64,000 nucleotides of DNA. It comes from Chrysomallon squamiferum (Eukaryota; Animalia; Mollusca). This document shows, one piece after another, positions 1 through 12,511 of the stretch. The notes under the pieces are model-generated. The model searched no databases. It worked only from the letters and a program-made list of their open reading frames with translations, and had not been told where the DNA came from. Positions within the stretch are counted from its first letter, which is position 1. Each line of letters opens with the position of its first letter. The position numbers and the translations under genes are program-made. The stretch lies in NCBI GenBank assembly GCA_012295275.1, contig CM022673.1, positions 186,001 to 250,000 on the forward strand, given 5' to 3'.

Positions 1-141
1 AAAAAAAAAAAAACACTGAATGCTAGTGTACTAGTAGTATTAATATATTATAATCATTTCTACCACACACACATATACACATATACATACAGACATATAT
101 ATATTATTTTATTTTTTGATTTTACTTTTTTAAATTAAGTT

Positions 142-177
142 GATGGGAACGATGGGAACGATGGGAACGATAGGAAC
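142..177. repeat. 9-bp tandem repeat (GATGGGAAC)x3 plus one variant copy
   Basis: gatgggaac gatgggaac gatgggaac gataggaac, read directly. Confidence 0.85.
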
Positions 178-298
178 TCTGTCCCAAGAAATGAAAAGAT
201 AATACAATGATGAATGAATGATTAAATGAACATTCAACATTCCAATAGGCATAGGATAGGACTCTAATGTTAAAGTTCCTCAAAATGTTGCACTTAAT

Positions 299-307
299 AC
301 CTACCAT
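299..307 (-). other. Possible first coding exon end (ATG followed directly by a donor) of a divergent gene leaving the window to the left
   Basis: The minus strand reads caacATG|GTAGGT (ATG at 307-305, donor at 304-299). A CpG-containing patch at about 370-440 lies just upstream on that strand. No further exon is visible in the window. Confidence 0.3.
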
Positions 308-919
308 GTTGTAAGTCTATTTAAATCATGTCAGTAGACATATCTCCATAATTTATTTAATATAGTGGTCATAATGCGAAAACATTACGGACCAAAAAGT
401 CAACAAATCGTTTCATGAATGGCTAGACCGGTTCCTGATTGAAATACCCCAAAAGACAGAATTAAGGATAGTTACCTCCCTTGAGATCACTGTTGGTAAA
501 GAGTTAAAACTGTATCTTCTAGTTAAACATCAATTAAACTTTGATTAAATAAGCATAGGTTTAAGCATTCATTATGAAATTACATAGTAATATTACATGT
601 GTTATATGTATTTGTCAAATCACTATTCCACACAATAAACTTAAACTAATGCTAAAAAAGTAATACTAATATTATAGTAGTAATACTCAGTATTATAGTA
701 GTAATACTCAGTATTATGAGTATAATGAATCAGTGAATGTACTTCTCTCGAGTTTATTTCTTTAAACATTTCATGTTTACAAATAATGTAAACTGATCGT
801 ATATATTTCTAATATGTTTATATGACAGACTATTTTATTTCTTTTTCTAAAACTGGTTCTCCAATTCAGGTAAAAGAAAAAACGAATCAGCAGAGCAATA
901 ATATTGACATTTTCATTTT

Positions 920-1027
920 AACACGTGTTTGTTCTATTTTTAATGAATGGCCTTAGAAATTCAACCAATCAGATGAATCTCGTGTGAATCGAATGATATA
1001 GTCAGTGAAGAGTTATTACGAGAACTG
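920..1027 (+). promoter_or_regulatory. Putative FPPS promoter and non-coding first exon
   Basis: E-box CACGTG 922-927, CCAAT 965-969, SRE-like CTCGTGTGAA 979-988 (reverse complement TTCACACGAG), Inr-like TCAGT 1002-1006, donor CTG|GTATGG at 1027/1028. A matching NAGNAG acceptor (cagcag 2739-2744) lies just before the ATG. Confidence 0.5.
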
Positions 1028-1509
1028 GTATGGTGTTATAATTTTTACCTTTTTGTCATTAATATTTATTAATTATAATTATTATTAACTTTAATTATTA
1101 TTATATATTTTTCAACTCATCATGTGATAAGTGACAGATAATTATTTTCTGTGACTTTGGGAAACAGATTCAAAAACAAATGCTGTACAGTGTACGTTGT
1201 GACATTGAAATTTGAATGGTTGATATTTCACTTTATTTGATATTCAATCATACTCATATTGCTGTTAATAGTGTTATCATTAATGGGATACTTTAGATAT
1301 TCACATAGAAATGAGTTTAATGTTTAATGTTTAATCATGATTCATGTAATTATGTCAATCGCTTTGTGGTGATTGTAATATAAATAATGTAGAATTCATT
1401 AATTGTATTTATTATTTTAGAGTTTAAAAATAGTATTTCAATTTTCATTTATTATTATTAAAGTCTATACTATAATAAGATTAACAAAAGTAATGTGATT
1501 GTCTTTCTT

Positions 1510-1640
1510 TGGTAAGGTGCATATAAAATATCCCTTGCCTGTAGATTTTTTTGTTTTATCATTATGGAAAAAACAAAATATACTTAACATCTAATAACAT
1601 ACAGTGTAATGTTTCATGGTGTCTTTAAATAAAGACTTTA
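1510..1640 (+). mobile_element. Degenerate SINE-like fragment (core/3' tail)
   Basis: ggtgcatataaaatatcccttgc ... ggtgtctttaaataaa resembles, from memory, the core and tail of gastropod tRNA-derived SINEs. Similar tails occur near 35487-35540 and 45180-45245. Confidence 0.3.
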
Positions 1641-2354
1641 TTGGTCATAATATTAAAAACCAAGGGATTGTTCTTGTGTGATAAAGTAATACAGATATTT
1701 TTTGTTTTTTGTTTTTCAATAAAATGTTTTATTCTTATATTCCCCTTTTCTCTGGAATCTTTTCATAAAAACATTAAGGATGATACATAATTGAGTTTTC
1801 TGGCTTAATCTGAAACCAGGTTTTTGTATTTTTTAGAAATGTTAATTATTTGGTGATGTGTTTTTCAAAAATGATTGAACAAGTATGCATGTGATAATGA
1901 CAATTTCCTTTTGGTTCAGTACATACATACCTTTCAGTTTATTAATCTTCCTGTAAATAAAGCATCATTATGATTATCTACCTGCTGGTGCCATTTTGTA
2001 ATATTATGGCTCCAGAATGTACAGCTGTTGCTTTGGAATGGGACAAACTTTGTGTACTCATACACAACTAATTTGTCAATTTGCATAACATCTGCCACTG
2101 CTAGCCAATTTAGATTTCCATCTAAGATAAAATAAATATAAGTTTGGTACAATTTTTCTGTTATGTCTTGGAGTACATATATGATGTATAGGAATGTATC
2201 TGTCAGACTTATGCCAAAACTATTACAGGTAATGTCAGGAAATAATGTTTGTTGAGGCAACCAAAATTATTTTTCCAAAATATATTTGGAAATTTCGAAT
2301 GACTTGGATGTGGCTTTTAAAAAAAATTTATTAGCATATTGTATCTGACTAAGT

Positions 2355-2408
<54 letters not shown>

Positions 2409-2759
2409 CATAATTGTTGTAATTACAGCATTTCAGGTTAATATATACAGAATTTTTCAATTCCTAAAAGAAGGTGGCTTTTTCAGATTTAACTCACTGC
2501 ATTCTGTATTTTAATTCATATTAGTTACTAAAACTATTTTAAAAAAAAGTTTCTGCCACTGTAATGTTTATTATTGAGATTATTAAGCTTTGGTTACATA
2601 TTTTCATAACAAAATCATTTAAATTATAACTATTTGATTTTTTTTTTTTTTTTTTTTTTATATATGTATATAAACAACAGATGAGCAAATTTTTAAGTAA
2701 TAGTGTTTTCATTGTATTTTGATATTTTATTTTATTTTCAGCAGTCATCTTTTAGCAAA

Positions 2760-5700
2760 ATGGGAGACAATCAGATTAATTCTGTGAAGAAGTCACAAAA
2801 AGCAACAGAACTCAGCGAGTTTGAGGAAACCTTTCCTGAACTTGTAGACGATCTTACAAAAGAGGGCTTGAAAAACCCACAGATTTCAGTAGCTGTTAAA
2901 TGGTTCAAGCAGGTAATTGTTAAATGCAAATGAAATTAAAGGGATCTTTTATAGTGTTAATAAATTCTGTTTTATTTTGTTTTATGATAGCACATTGCAT
3001 AACACTTAACAGCATAAATTAGATGTCATGAAAGCAGATTAATCAAAAGTGGGTATTACTATGCACCTACTCAAATTAATTAAAAATTTGTATACAAGTA
3101 TGGTGGTATTACTTTGCAAAAAATATAATTCAATGCATATATGTTATTTCCTTTGGTAATATATTGTTTCTAACATTTTTTTTTTTTCTACATATCATTC
3201 AGTGAAGAATTGTTTATTTTTTTTAAGACAAGATAAAACGTGAGCAGTTTGGGGGTTAATTTGATTATTCACTCATTTATATTCCATCCAGCTGCAGTAC
3301 ATAATGTTAGACATATAAATGTTACGTATGCTTAATGGATACATTTGCTTAAATTATACTTACAAGTGCCTTCAAAATTTGCTGATACGTGATATTAGAA
3401 TAAACAGCTGGTTCCTATATGTTCATTATAATAATTACCAAACAATGTTAAAACTATTGGGAAAGTATATCCTAAGAAAAAATGTTCACTACTATTAAAT
3501 TAATTATATATGCTACAATTTTTCGTCTGATGTTGGTAACTCATTTTAACATGGTTTTAATTTCAGTATTTAAAGTGGGTGTATCAGTGTATACAGAATA
3601 TGATTTTTTTTTTATTATTATTATTTAATTTAATTAGAAATGTTAGGGCACCAAGGCATCATAATTTTATCAAGTTTTCATGGAAGTTGCTAACTTCAAA
3701 TAGCTTGTAGCTGTAGTAATAATCTAATAACTAATCAAAACTATGGTCTTTTGAATCACTGGTACCTTATATTTGTTTCCTCGTACTTATCATGCATAAA
3801 ATTGATTATGACAGTAAATTATGTAAACTGGTGCATCATGAACACCCATTCTGAAACTGCAGAGTTTTCATGAAATCATAAATATTGAAAAACATTTTTT
3901 TGAATAAATCTGTTGTTGCAGTTTGAGATATATGAATAACCTGCAAGCAGATATGTTAGTATTTAGATAACTTTTATAGTATTTAAGAAATTTGAACTAA
4001 ATAACTAAAAAGATTAAATAAGGCTAATAATAATAATAATAATAATAATAAAAACAAAAAACTGAAAACAGGTTTCACACTGATATTATTACTGCCTTTT
4101 TGTAGCAGCAATTACATTATTATAAAGTAGAAGTCCTGTTGGTTAATACATCAAATTGTGACTAAGATAAATAATTTCATCTTTGTTTAATGCTAAACCC
4201 TGTTATCTATTTCATTTGCATGTATTAACTATTGATGTTTTATTAACATATAATTTTATATATATATGTAATCATGAGATTATCATGTCTCTATGTATAA
4301 AACAGAGAAAAGATAAAATAACACATATAAAAACAAATATGTATTAATAATCATAATTAAAGAAACTGCCTTTATCTGCCTATATATGCAAATAATTAAA
4401 GTTCTGTTTGACATCTGTAATACCTAATTACAGGAAAATATGCAATGACAAACTTTTAAAGACAGTTTTTAAATTTTAAAATTACCTAAATTAGTTGCCA
4501 AGATAATGGCAAGTTTGGTGTGACAAATTAACACAGTTTTGAAATTTGTCCACCCTCGTGACTTTGCTTTTCTCTTTGATTCTGTGGTTTTCACTGATAC
4601 CTGCAGGAATCTTACATATATATGGCTCGGGGTTTGAGACAGGGTTTAAAAAAGTTCAAGTTCTGGTTTGTGAAGCAACACAACAGTGATTCCCTTTGAT
4701 GAACACAGAGGTCATGGGTGAAGATTTGAAATGTTAGCCTTGCTTTGCTAATCATTATGTGTTATTTATCTAGTGGATGTGTGTATGTACATATATATTT
4801 TACTGTCTCATTTAAAGTTTACCAGTTTCAGGCATAGTGTCAACTAGCACTTAATACACTGGCATTATGATATAAGCAAGTAGTAGTCCAAAAACATATT
4901 TTAGGATTAATTTGTACATTTTGTGCTATAAAACTGTTGGGTGCCGTTTCATATTGAGCAAGTAAATCAAACCTTGATAGATAGGGTAAATCATTACCCT
5001 AGATTAATGTAGGGTAGATGAAATTGTAGATAAAAGGTCAGAGCAAAAGGAAAAATATTCTAAGCATCTTTCTGTAACAAGGAATTGCAATAAATATGTT
5101 TTTAGAAAAAGTTTGGAATTGAAACAAATTCTTTGAAATACATTTAAAGTATTAGTTAATGAAACAACTGCAAGTATACTCAGTTAACAATATTGCAAAC
5201 TGTAGTATTTTGCTATCCTTCAGGTTTGTGAATACAATGTCCCTCATGGAAAGAAGAATCGTGGATTGGCATTGGTAACTTCTTACCAAGAGTTTGTTCC
5301 TAATGCTTCAGAAGAAAACCTGAAACGAGCCAAGGTTCTTGGTTGGTGTGTCGAATGGGTAAGCTGTAAAATTTTATAATTGTGGTGATATGGTGTAAGC
5401 ACCAAGAAAATGAAATATCTTGTATTCTTTTCTTTTTTTTTTCTTTTTTTTCTTCTTATTATTATTTGTATGTGTTGACAGGGGTTACTTAATCGAACAT
5501 TTTTTTACAAGATACGTATTTACCATTAATGTTGTATTACAAGAATATATGACTTCTTGGGCAGCTTTTTTTGATTAATTTAAATTTTAAAAATTTCAAA
5601 AATGTATAAAATGTATGAAATAAATCTGTAAATATCAACTAATTTAAAGATTATATAATTTTTTATTTCAGGATTGTTTGTAAGAGTGTAAATTTATATA

Positions 5701-8700
5701 TATATATATATATATATATTTACATATTTTGATATACTTTATTCCAATTCAGAGATATTTTAATGCTAAATTTCAGTTATTCAGAATCTTACATTGTTTT
5801 AGCTTCAAGCTTTCTTTCTCGTTGCTGATGACATCATGGATCAGTCACTTACTCGTCGTGGTAGAACCTGCTGGTACAAGAAAGTGAGTAGTAATAGTAG
5901 TAGTAGTAGTAATAAATATATGCATTTAAATAGCACCCCATAAAGCAAATTGGGTGCTCTTCATACTTATGATAGTTGAAAAATATTTATGTGGAAAAGA
6001 TGTATGTATCTCACTAAGGAGCTGTTCACCTGTATAAAGTAATGAGAGAAAATTGTAATAAAATTTTAAAACATTAAAAACCTGCAGCCAATAAATTAAA
6101 GTAATGATAGAAATAGTTTTGAATAAAATTTATTTAACTGTATAAAAAATTTAAAAAGTTAAAATATTCATACTGATCATTACAGTTCCCTCAGATATTT
6201 ATAGATATAAGACAGGAATGGGCAACCTTTTTTGAGAAGTGGGCTACATGAGAACATAGCACATCATCAGGCAGGTTGTCCTACTAATAAACATTATTTT
6301 ATCTCAAGAAAGCCTGATGGGCTAGTTTGCCCATGACTGATAATAATCTGTTATTTTTACTTTTGCAGGATAATGTTGGCAACATTGCAATCAATGATTC
6401 TTTTTTTCTGGAGAGTGCTGTTTATCAGTTACTGAAGATTCATATTCGAGATCAACCATATTACACAAATGTACTTGAACTTTTTCATGAGGTCAGTGAT
6501 ATGAAAGTGGAAACTTCCTAAATGTTCTGATTTTATTAAAGTTACCTAGTAGTTTCATGGACACAGCATTTGACTTTGACATAGTTCTCCCTTAAGCAGT
6601 TAACTGACATGATTTCTCTTATAGGTATAGAAAATATTTCTCTTGCCAGGATATACATTTGTTTTGTTATAAGACATAACCAAATTAAAAATGAATGAAA
6701 AAGAAAGATGTTGCTTTGACTGTAGAGATAGAGAAATATTGGTGGGCATATTTGTTTTTTTTGCTATTTAGCATTATTGTTTTATTTTTATTTGTTCACT
6801 CTTTATATCTAATAGAAATAAATAATGTCTTGTATTTATTCAGTTAATACAATAATCTGTTGTATGTTTTTCTTACAAATATTACCTTCTTGAGACAAAA
6901 AGAAAAAAGACTAGGTTTTTTTTAAATTATTATTTAGTATTATTTTCACATTATTTTGTTTATATAATCTTTTATTTCTCTTTTTCATTTATATGTTAAC
7001 TTTATTTATTTATTTAAAAATGTTTTTTCTATTTCTTTTTTTCAGACAACTTTGCAGACTGTGATAGGCCAATGTCTTGACCTAACTACAGCACCCACAG
7101 GAGGCACTGTTGATTTCTCATCTTTCACAATGGAAAGATATAGTACCATAGTAAAATGGAAGACTGCATTTTATTCATTTTACTTGCCAGTAGCTCTTGC
7201 CATGCACATGGTTAGTAATGATGGAATGATTTAAAAATCCTTAAATTAGTGAAATAATAAATAATTTGATATTATTATATTGTTAATATATATATATATT
7301 ATTGTTTTTTTTTGTTTTTTTACATTATAATTATTTTAATTAAAGTGTTTATAGAATAGTATCCTATTTATTAATAATAAATAGCCATTTTGAGGTAAAT
7401 GTATTTGTAACTTCATTTGTTTTCTTGTTTTTTTTTTTCTTATTAATTAAGAATAATTATATTTAGTTGCTTCTATTTTTGTTTTGTTTTTTTATATTTT
7501 TGATTCATTAAATATTCATTATGATAAAACTGTTTTTATTATATCATTTGTTATTTATTTTATTCTTGTATTTTTGGCAGGCTGGACTTTCAAATGATAA
7601 ACAACTTGAACAAGCTAAAACAATATTACTAGCAATGGGTCATTTTTTCCAAGTGCAGGTATGTTCACAGTATTCAATCTTGATTGCTTAGCTGTATCAC
7701 TGAACAGATTCTTAATGTAAAACAGGTACTTCAATGTTAATCATTTGAAATTTATAATATGCTTTTGCTTTTATAAGTCTTCAAATTGTATCTGTGACAG
7801 TACAAATAAGTAATCTTTAAAAAAAATACAATATACTTCCAAGTTGTTATTGTTTTAGAACAGCCAGTGATCCTTGTTTAAAAAGTATGATGGTAAAATA
7901 ATATGGTGACAAAACATTTGAATGCAGCTATTTTACCCCATCACAACTACAGTTGTGATGCCATTGCATAAGTGGCAGAGCTATTGCTGTATTTTAATTA
8001 TGCTAGCAGAAACTTTAGAGCAAATTGGTGACCACAGAATTATGGCAGTGTCCAGATATTTTTAGCTATACTCTTTTGCTGTTTATTTTGTTATTAAGTT
8101 TGGATAGAAAAAAATAATTAATTAAAAATTAAAGCTTAGAAATATTCAGAATATGTTTGGAATATTTCTGCATCTCACCAGATTTACACTTTATCAGTTA
8201 TCTTTTTAAAAAAACAAAGAATACTTGGAAATAATAATATGTTTTGAATGAACCATAACAAAATAAAAAACAATCTGTGAAAATGTGTTTCAAAAGTTTT
8301 CAGTAATACTTGATTACTTAGTTATTTTGTTGTTACAATTGAAGGATGACTATTTAGACTGCTATGGAGATCCAGAAGTGATTGGAAAAATTGGCACAGA
8401 TATTGAAGACAACAAATGTAGCTGGCTTGTGGTGCAAGCACTAGAGAGAGCAAATCAACACCAAAGACAAATTCTAGAGGTATTTGTATGATTACTGTTG
8501 TATGTGTAGAAAAATGTTATAAAGTGCAAATGTTCTCCCAAAGACCAAAACATACAAATAGCACACACCTACACACACTGTGAACTCTTGTGTGCTTTTT
8601 TTTTTTACAGACTTTTCACCCTCACAAGCTTGTTAATTCATGTTTATATTTTTTAATTTTCAGGAGAACTATGGTCAATGGGATCCTAGTAAGGTGGCCA

Positions 8701-8864
8701 AAGTTAAAAGCCTCTACAAAGAATTGGATTTGGAAACAGTGTACAAGAATTATGAGGAAAGTAGTTACCAAGAACTGATGCAACTCATAAACAAATTTTC
8801 TGGAAGTTTACCAAAAGATGTTTTTATTTCTTTTTCAGAAAAAATCTACAAGAGACAAAAATAG
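2760..8864 (+). CDS. FDPS: Farnesyl pyrophosphate synthase (356 aa, 8 coding exons)
   Basis: Exons 2760-2912, 5224-5358, 5803-5883, 6369-6491, 7046-7210, 7581-7658, 8345-8479, 8664-8864; all GT-AG, all phase 0, total 1071 nt. Motifs: [22 protein letters not shown] (FARM, with FF at -5/-4 indicating a C15 product), GQCLD, KTAFYSF, FQVQDDYLD (SARM), [15 protein letters not shown]-terminal KIYKRQK. Confidence 0.97.
6213..6339. mobile_element. Short degenerate hAT-type MITE in FPPS coding intron 3
   Basis: Imperfect TIRs CAGGAATGGGCAA ... TTGCCCATGACTG (11/13). The TSD is poorly preserved. Confidence 0.5.
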
Positions 8865-9398
8865 TTACTTTTATAATTCTAAAGACTGTTTACAAGTTAC
8901 AAGATTGGCATTATATCAAAACAAATCTTAAAAATAAAATAAATTCCTCCTTATTTGAAGTATTAGTTCCTGCTTTGTTTGTATTATAAAGTTTTATCTA
9001 AGCTATTGAAATATTTTTTTTAAAAATAAAAAATACTCCAAGAACTCGTTTAATTTTAATCAACAAGAAATATAAATAAATATTTATTATTGGACTTTTA
9101 ACATTTTCTGTTGCTGATTTGAATTAGAACAAAATACTTTCACCAGATAATTTATTGGTAGAAATAGGTGTCAGTTTTGGTTAAGGGTTTTTATAATGGA
9201 AGTCACCATCATGTCTTCCTTTTATTAATTGTTTATAATAGATGTACATCAGCACTGAATACATGGACAGCATTCTCTACAATTAACTTCAGATGTCTTT
9301 AAGATGGTAACAGTTAAATTAAACAAGATGAAAACCACACATATAGTGAGATAGTCACATCAAGGCTGAACTTAAAACTACATGAAAAAAGTTCTGTG

Positions 9399-9416
9399 AT
9401 ATATATATATATATAT

Positions 9417-9485
<69 letters not shown>

Positions 9486-9490
9486 CATAT
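9399..9490. repeat. (TA)n microsatellite in the FPPS 3' region
   Basis: Long TA run with short CA interruptions. Confidence 0.95.
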
Positions 9491-10169
9491 TGAAGAAAGC
9501 TGTTTCATACTCTTTTGTGGAAAGGAACAAATTTTGTTTTTAATGTGCATCTTTATTGTTACCAAATGTTTTATTTTATATATGCATATAGTACGTTATT
9601 TACTGGATATATTCAGGATATGTGTATAAAAATGAATAATAAAAAATGGAATATATTTATTGAATTGTTTTAGTTTTAATTGAACTTTTATTATTTATTT
9701 ATTTAATGAATATATATTGATATGTGTTTAAATATCATGGTAACGATACATTTTATCTTTGTGCCAAAAACAAACTGAAAATGATAAATGGTTCACAAAC
9801 TGATTTTGAATGGTATTGTAATACAACTGTAGTAAAACGACATATTGGATTCATAGCTTAAACATTTTCGAATCAACAGCTGGCGTTATAATTGATTTTA
9901 AAATAGAACTTGATCGTTTGCAAAAAGGCACTGCGATAATTAAATATTTTTTTTATTAGTATGTAATGAAGTATATACATAAAATATATATTAAAAAGTA
10001 AACCCAACAACAAATAGAACAACATTGCGATAAATAAATATCTTTTATAATTATGAAGTAAAAAAATATATTTATTTTGCATTTAAAATTTTATTGTCAA
10101 ACAAAACTATAAATTTATTGCACTTTAAACAATAGATTTTATCAAAACACTGAAAAGCTTTAGATGCAA

Positions 10170-10600
10170 AGACGATTAAAGTTGTCACGGAAATCATCGA
10201 AGTTTTCCGATTGACAGGTGCTTGGAGTTACCGTTCTTAGGCGGAAATGGTTATCTTTTTGTGACGCAAGTTCCAATCATCTGTGTTTGTAAACATTGGG
10301 AGTGATTTTCACAGCCAAACAAAGACAGTGTTACGGACGCCTATTTTCTTTCCATTTAAAGACATATATGTCAGATATAAATATGAGAATGTTAATAATG
10401 AATTTATGGCGTTGACTTTGTTTTAAAAGTTATCCTTGATTGCAAATATTGAACATAAAAAATGAGCCTTTTTTAATGAGGCCAATGTGAATGTCATTTG
10501 CGTATTAAAAATGACTCGTCACAGTTATTAATTCGTCAGGTGACGCGATGATTAGAAATAGCAGATATATAGGTAATAAGGTGACGAAAGCCTCATCAAA
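10170..10600 (+). promoter_or_regulatory. CpG-retaining promoter/5' region of ATG101
   Basis: CpG-rich patch with ETS-like GCGGAAAT (~10240), TGACGCAA 10262-10269, CCAAT 10273-10277, FOXO-type GTAAACA 10289-10295 and GTCAGGTGAC 10535-10544. Confidence 0.5.
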
Positions 10601-10637
10601 CTGATGTTTGATTTGTGGCTTATTATGCTTAAAGAAA

Positions 10638-10727
10638 ATGAATGCAAGATCTCAGGTGTTTGAATTGGTGAGTTCATCTATTCATAATAATAATAAATAA
10701 ATAATATACAGATATTTTTATTATTCA

Positions 10728-10765
<38 letters not shown>

Positions 10766-12478
10766 TACTTGTATATTTATTTATTTATTTATATATTTAT
10801 CATTTCAGTTTTGTATCTAATGTAGCAGTCAGTCAGTTTTCTTTAAGTCATAAAACATATATATCTCTCGAAACCAGATGGCATATTAATTATAAAATAT
10901 TCTGAATTTAAAAAAAAGAAAATTTATTCACTAAAAAATGTTATAGATTTATATATATATACTTTTCCACTGTCCTCTAAACTGTTAAAAGTATTTATAT
11001 AAAATACAAATAATATATGAATAAACGTCATCACAGAAATTACCTTTTGTTTCTTGTATCTGGTGTAATACAAGTTCTTTGTTTGATGATTTCAGTCAGT
11101 AGAAGGTCGTCAAATTGAAGAAGTAGTCCAGAGTAAGTAAACTGTTTGTTCAAAGATTTAATAATATTATGATAAATTATTTGAATATACAAAAATAATA
11201 AATTTAAAAAAAAGAATAAGAAGCACTTCACTGACCTTTTGGCAAGTTAACAATTCAGTGTACAGATCTGTAATTCAGTTTATGCATACTACATCACACA
11301 GATAATCATATATATAGAATACTATACACAATACCAGTAGTTCATCATGTTATTATTCTCACAGTGATCAATAACATTTCTGTAAATTAATGAGGCTTTT
11401 TTTAATTATGGTGAAAAAATATTCATGTTTGATTTGTGGTTATCAGGCTTTGGATACTTATAAAATTATGAAACATATATATCGCTAAGTTTCTAATCTA
11501 ACAACAGTTGGGAAAAGTTGTATAAATAATATATTTTGTAGTAAAATAAAAATGTATAGATTTGTATCCCATTTTTATGAACAGTAGCATATTCATCAAG
11601 CTATTTTAAAATAAAATTATAATGTTATGTTATTTATTTTTTAAAAGGTATATTCCATACACTTCTGATGCATAGAACATTAGGAAAGGTATGTATATTG
11701 TTTTATTTGATTTTCACCAAACTGGTTTCTGGAAAGTGCTTTTTAATATTTTTCATATATTATAGTAACAATTTTGAGTGTTCAAACAGGAGATAAGAAC
11801 ACAAGTTAAACTGATGAGTAATGATAAAACGATTTTAAAATAATTTAAAAAGATGTATATTAACTTATTAAAATTACTTTGGAAAACAAAATAACAACCT
11901 GGTCATTAGGTTTTGTGGAGATACACACCAAGACATTAAACCAAAAAAATAATAAAAGACTGGTTGAAATGGGTGCTGAAGATCTGCCTGTGGTATAGTT
12001 TGATCCTGCAACTTGCCATGCATCAGACAAGAATCACAGTCCCTTAGCAATAACCCTTTCTTTAATCACTTAGGAAATATGTCATTTCCTTTCTTTTCCA
12101 TTTACACACAGACACATGCACATATAAGAAAGAAAAAAAGTTAATTTAATGGATTAAAACGTGAAAAAAAATGTTTAGTTAATATTCGACAAATAGTATA
12201 TAAATAATTACTAGAAACTACTTTAACAAATTTCAGCCTCTTAAAATTAATTTCTTTAGTTCTTACAAATTTTACTAATTTCTCTCAACATATACTAATG
12301 CACCAAACCTAAATTCCTGAGTGAAAAATGATACTTAACACAATTATATAACTGTTTTTCAGTTTCATTATAAGCAAGAACATAGCTATTCCATTGGAAC
12401 AGTGGGAGTTGTTGATGTAGACTGTGATTTTATTGACTTCACTTATGTAAGTCATTTTTGACAGTTTAAACTAATTTT

Positions 12479-12511
<33 letters not shown>

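Noticed and set aside
9314-9629. ORFs with YIYIYI runs (and similar CVCV, THTH, ERER and IIII ORFs at 47189-48067, 48526-48786, 55736-56600, 62331-63022)
   Set aside because: They are translations of microsatellites, with no splice or homology support.
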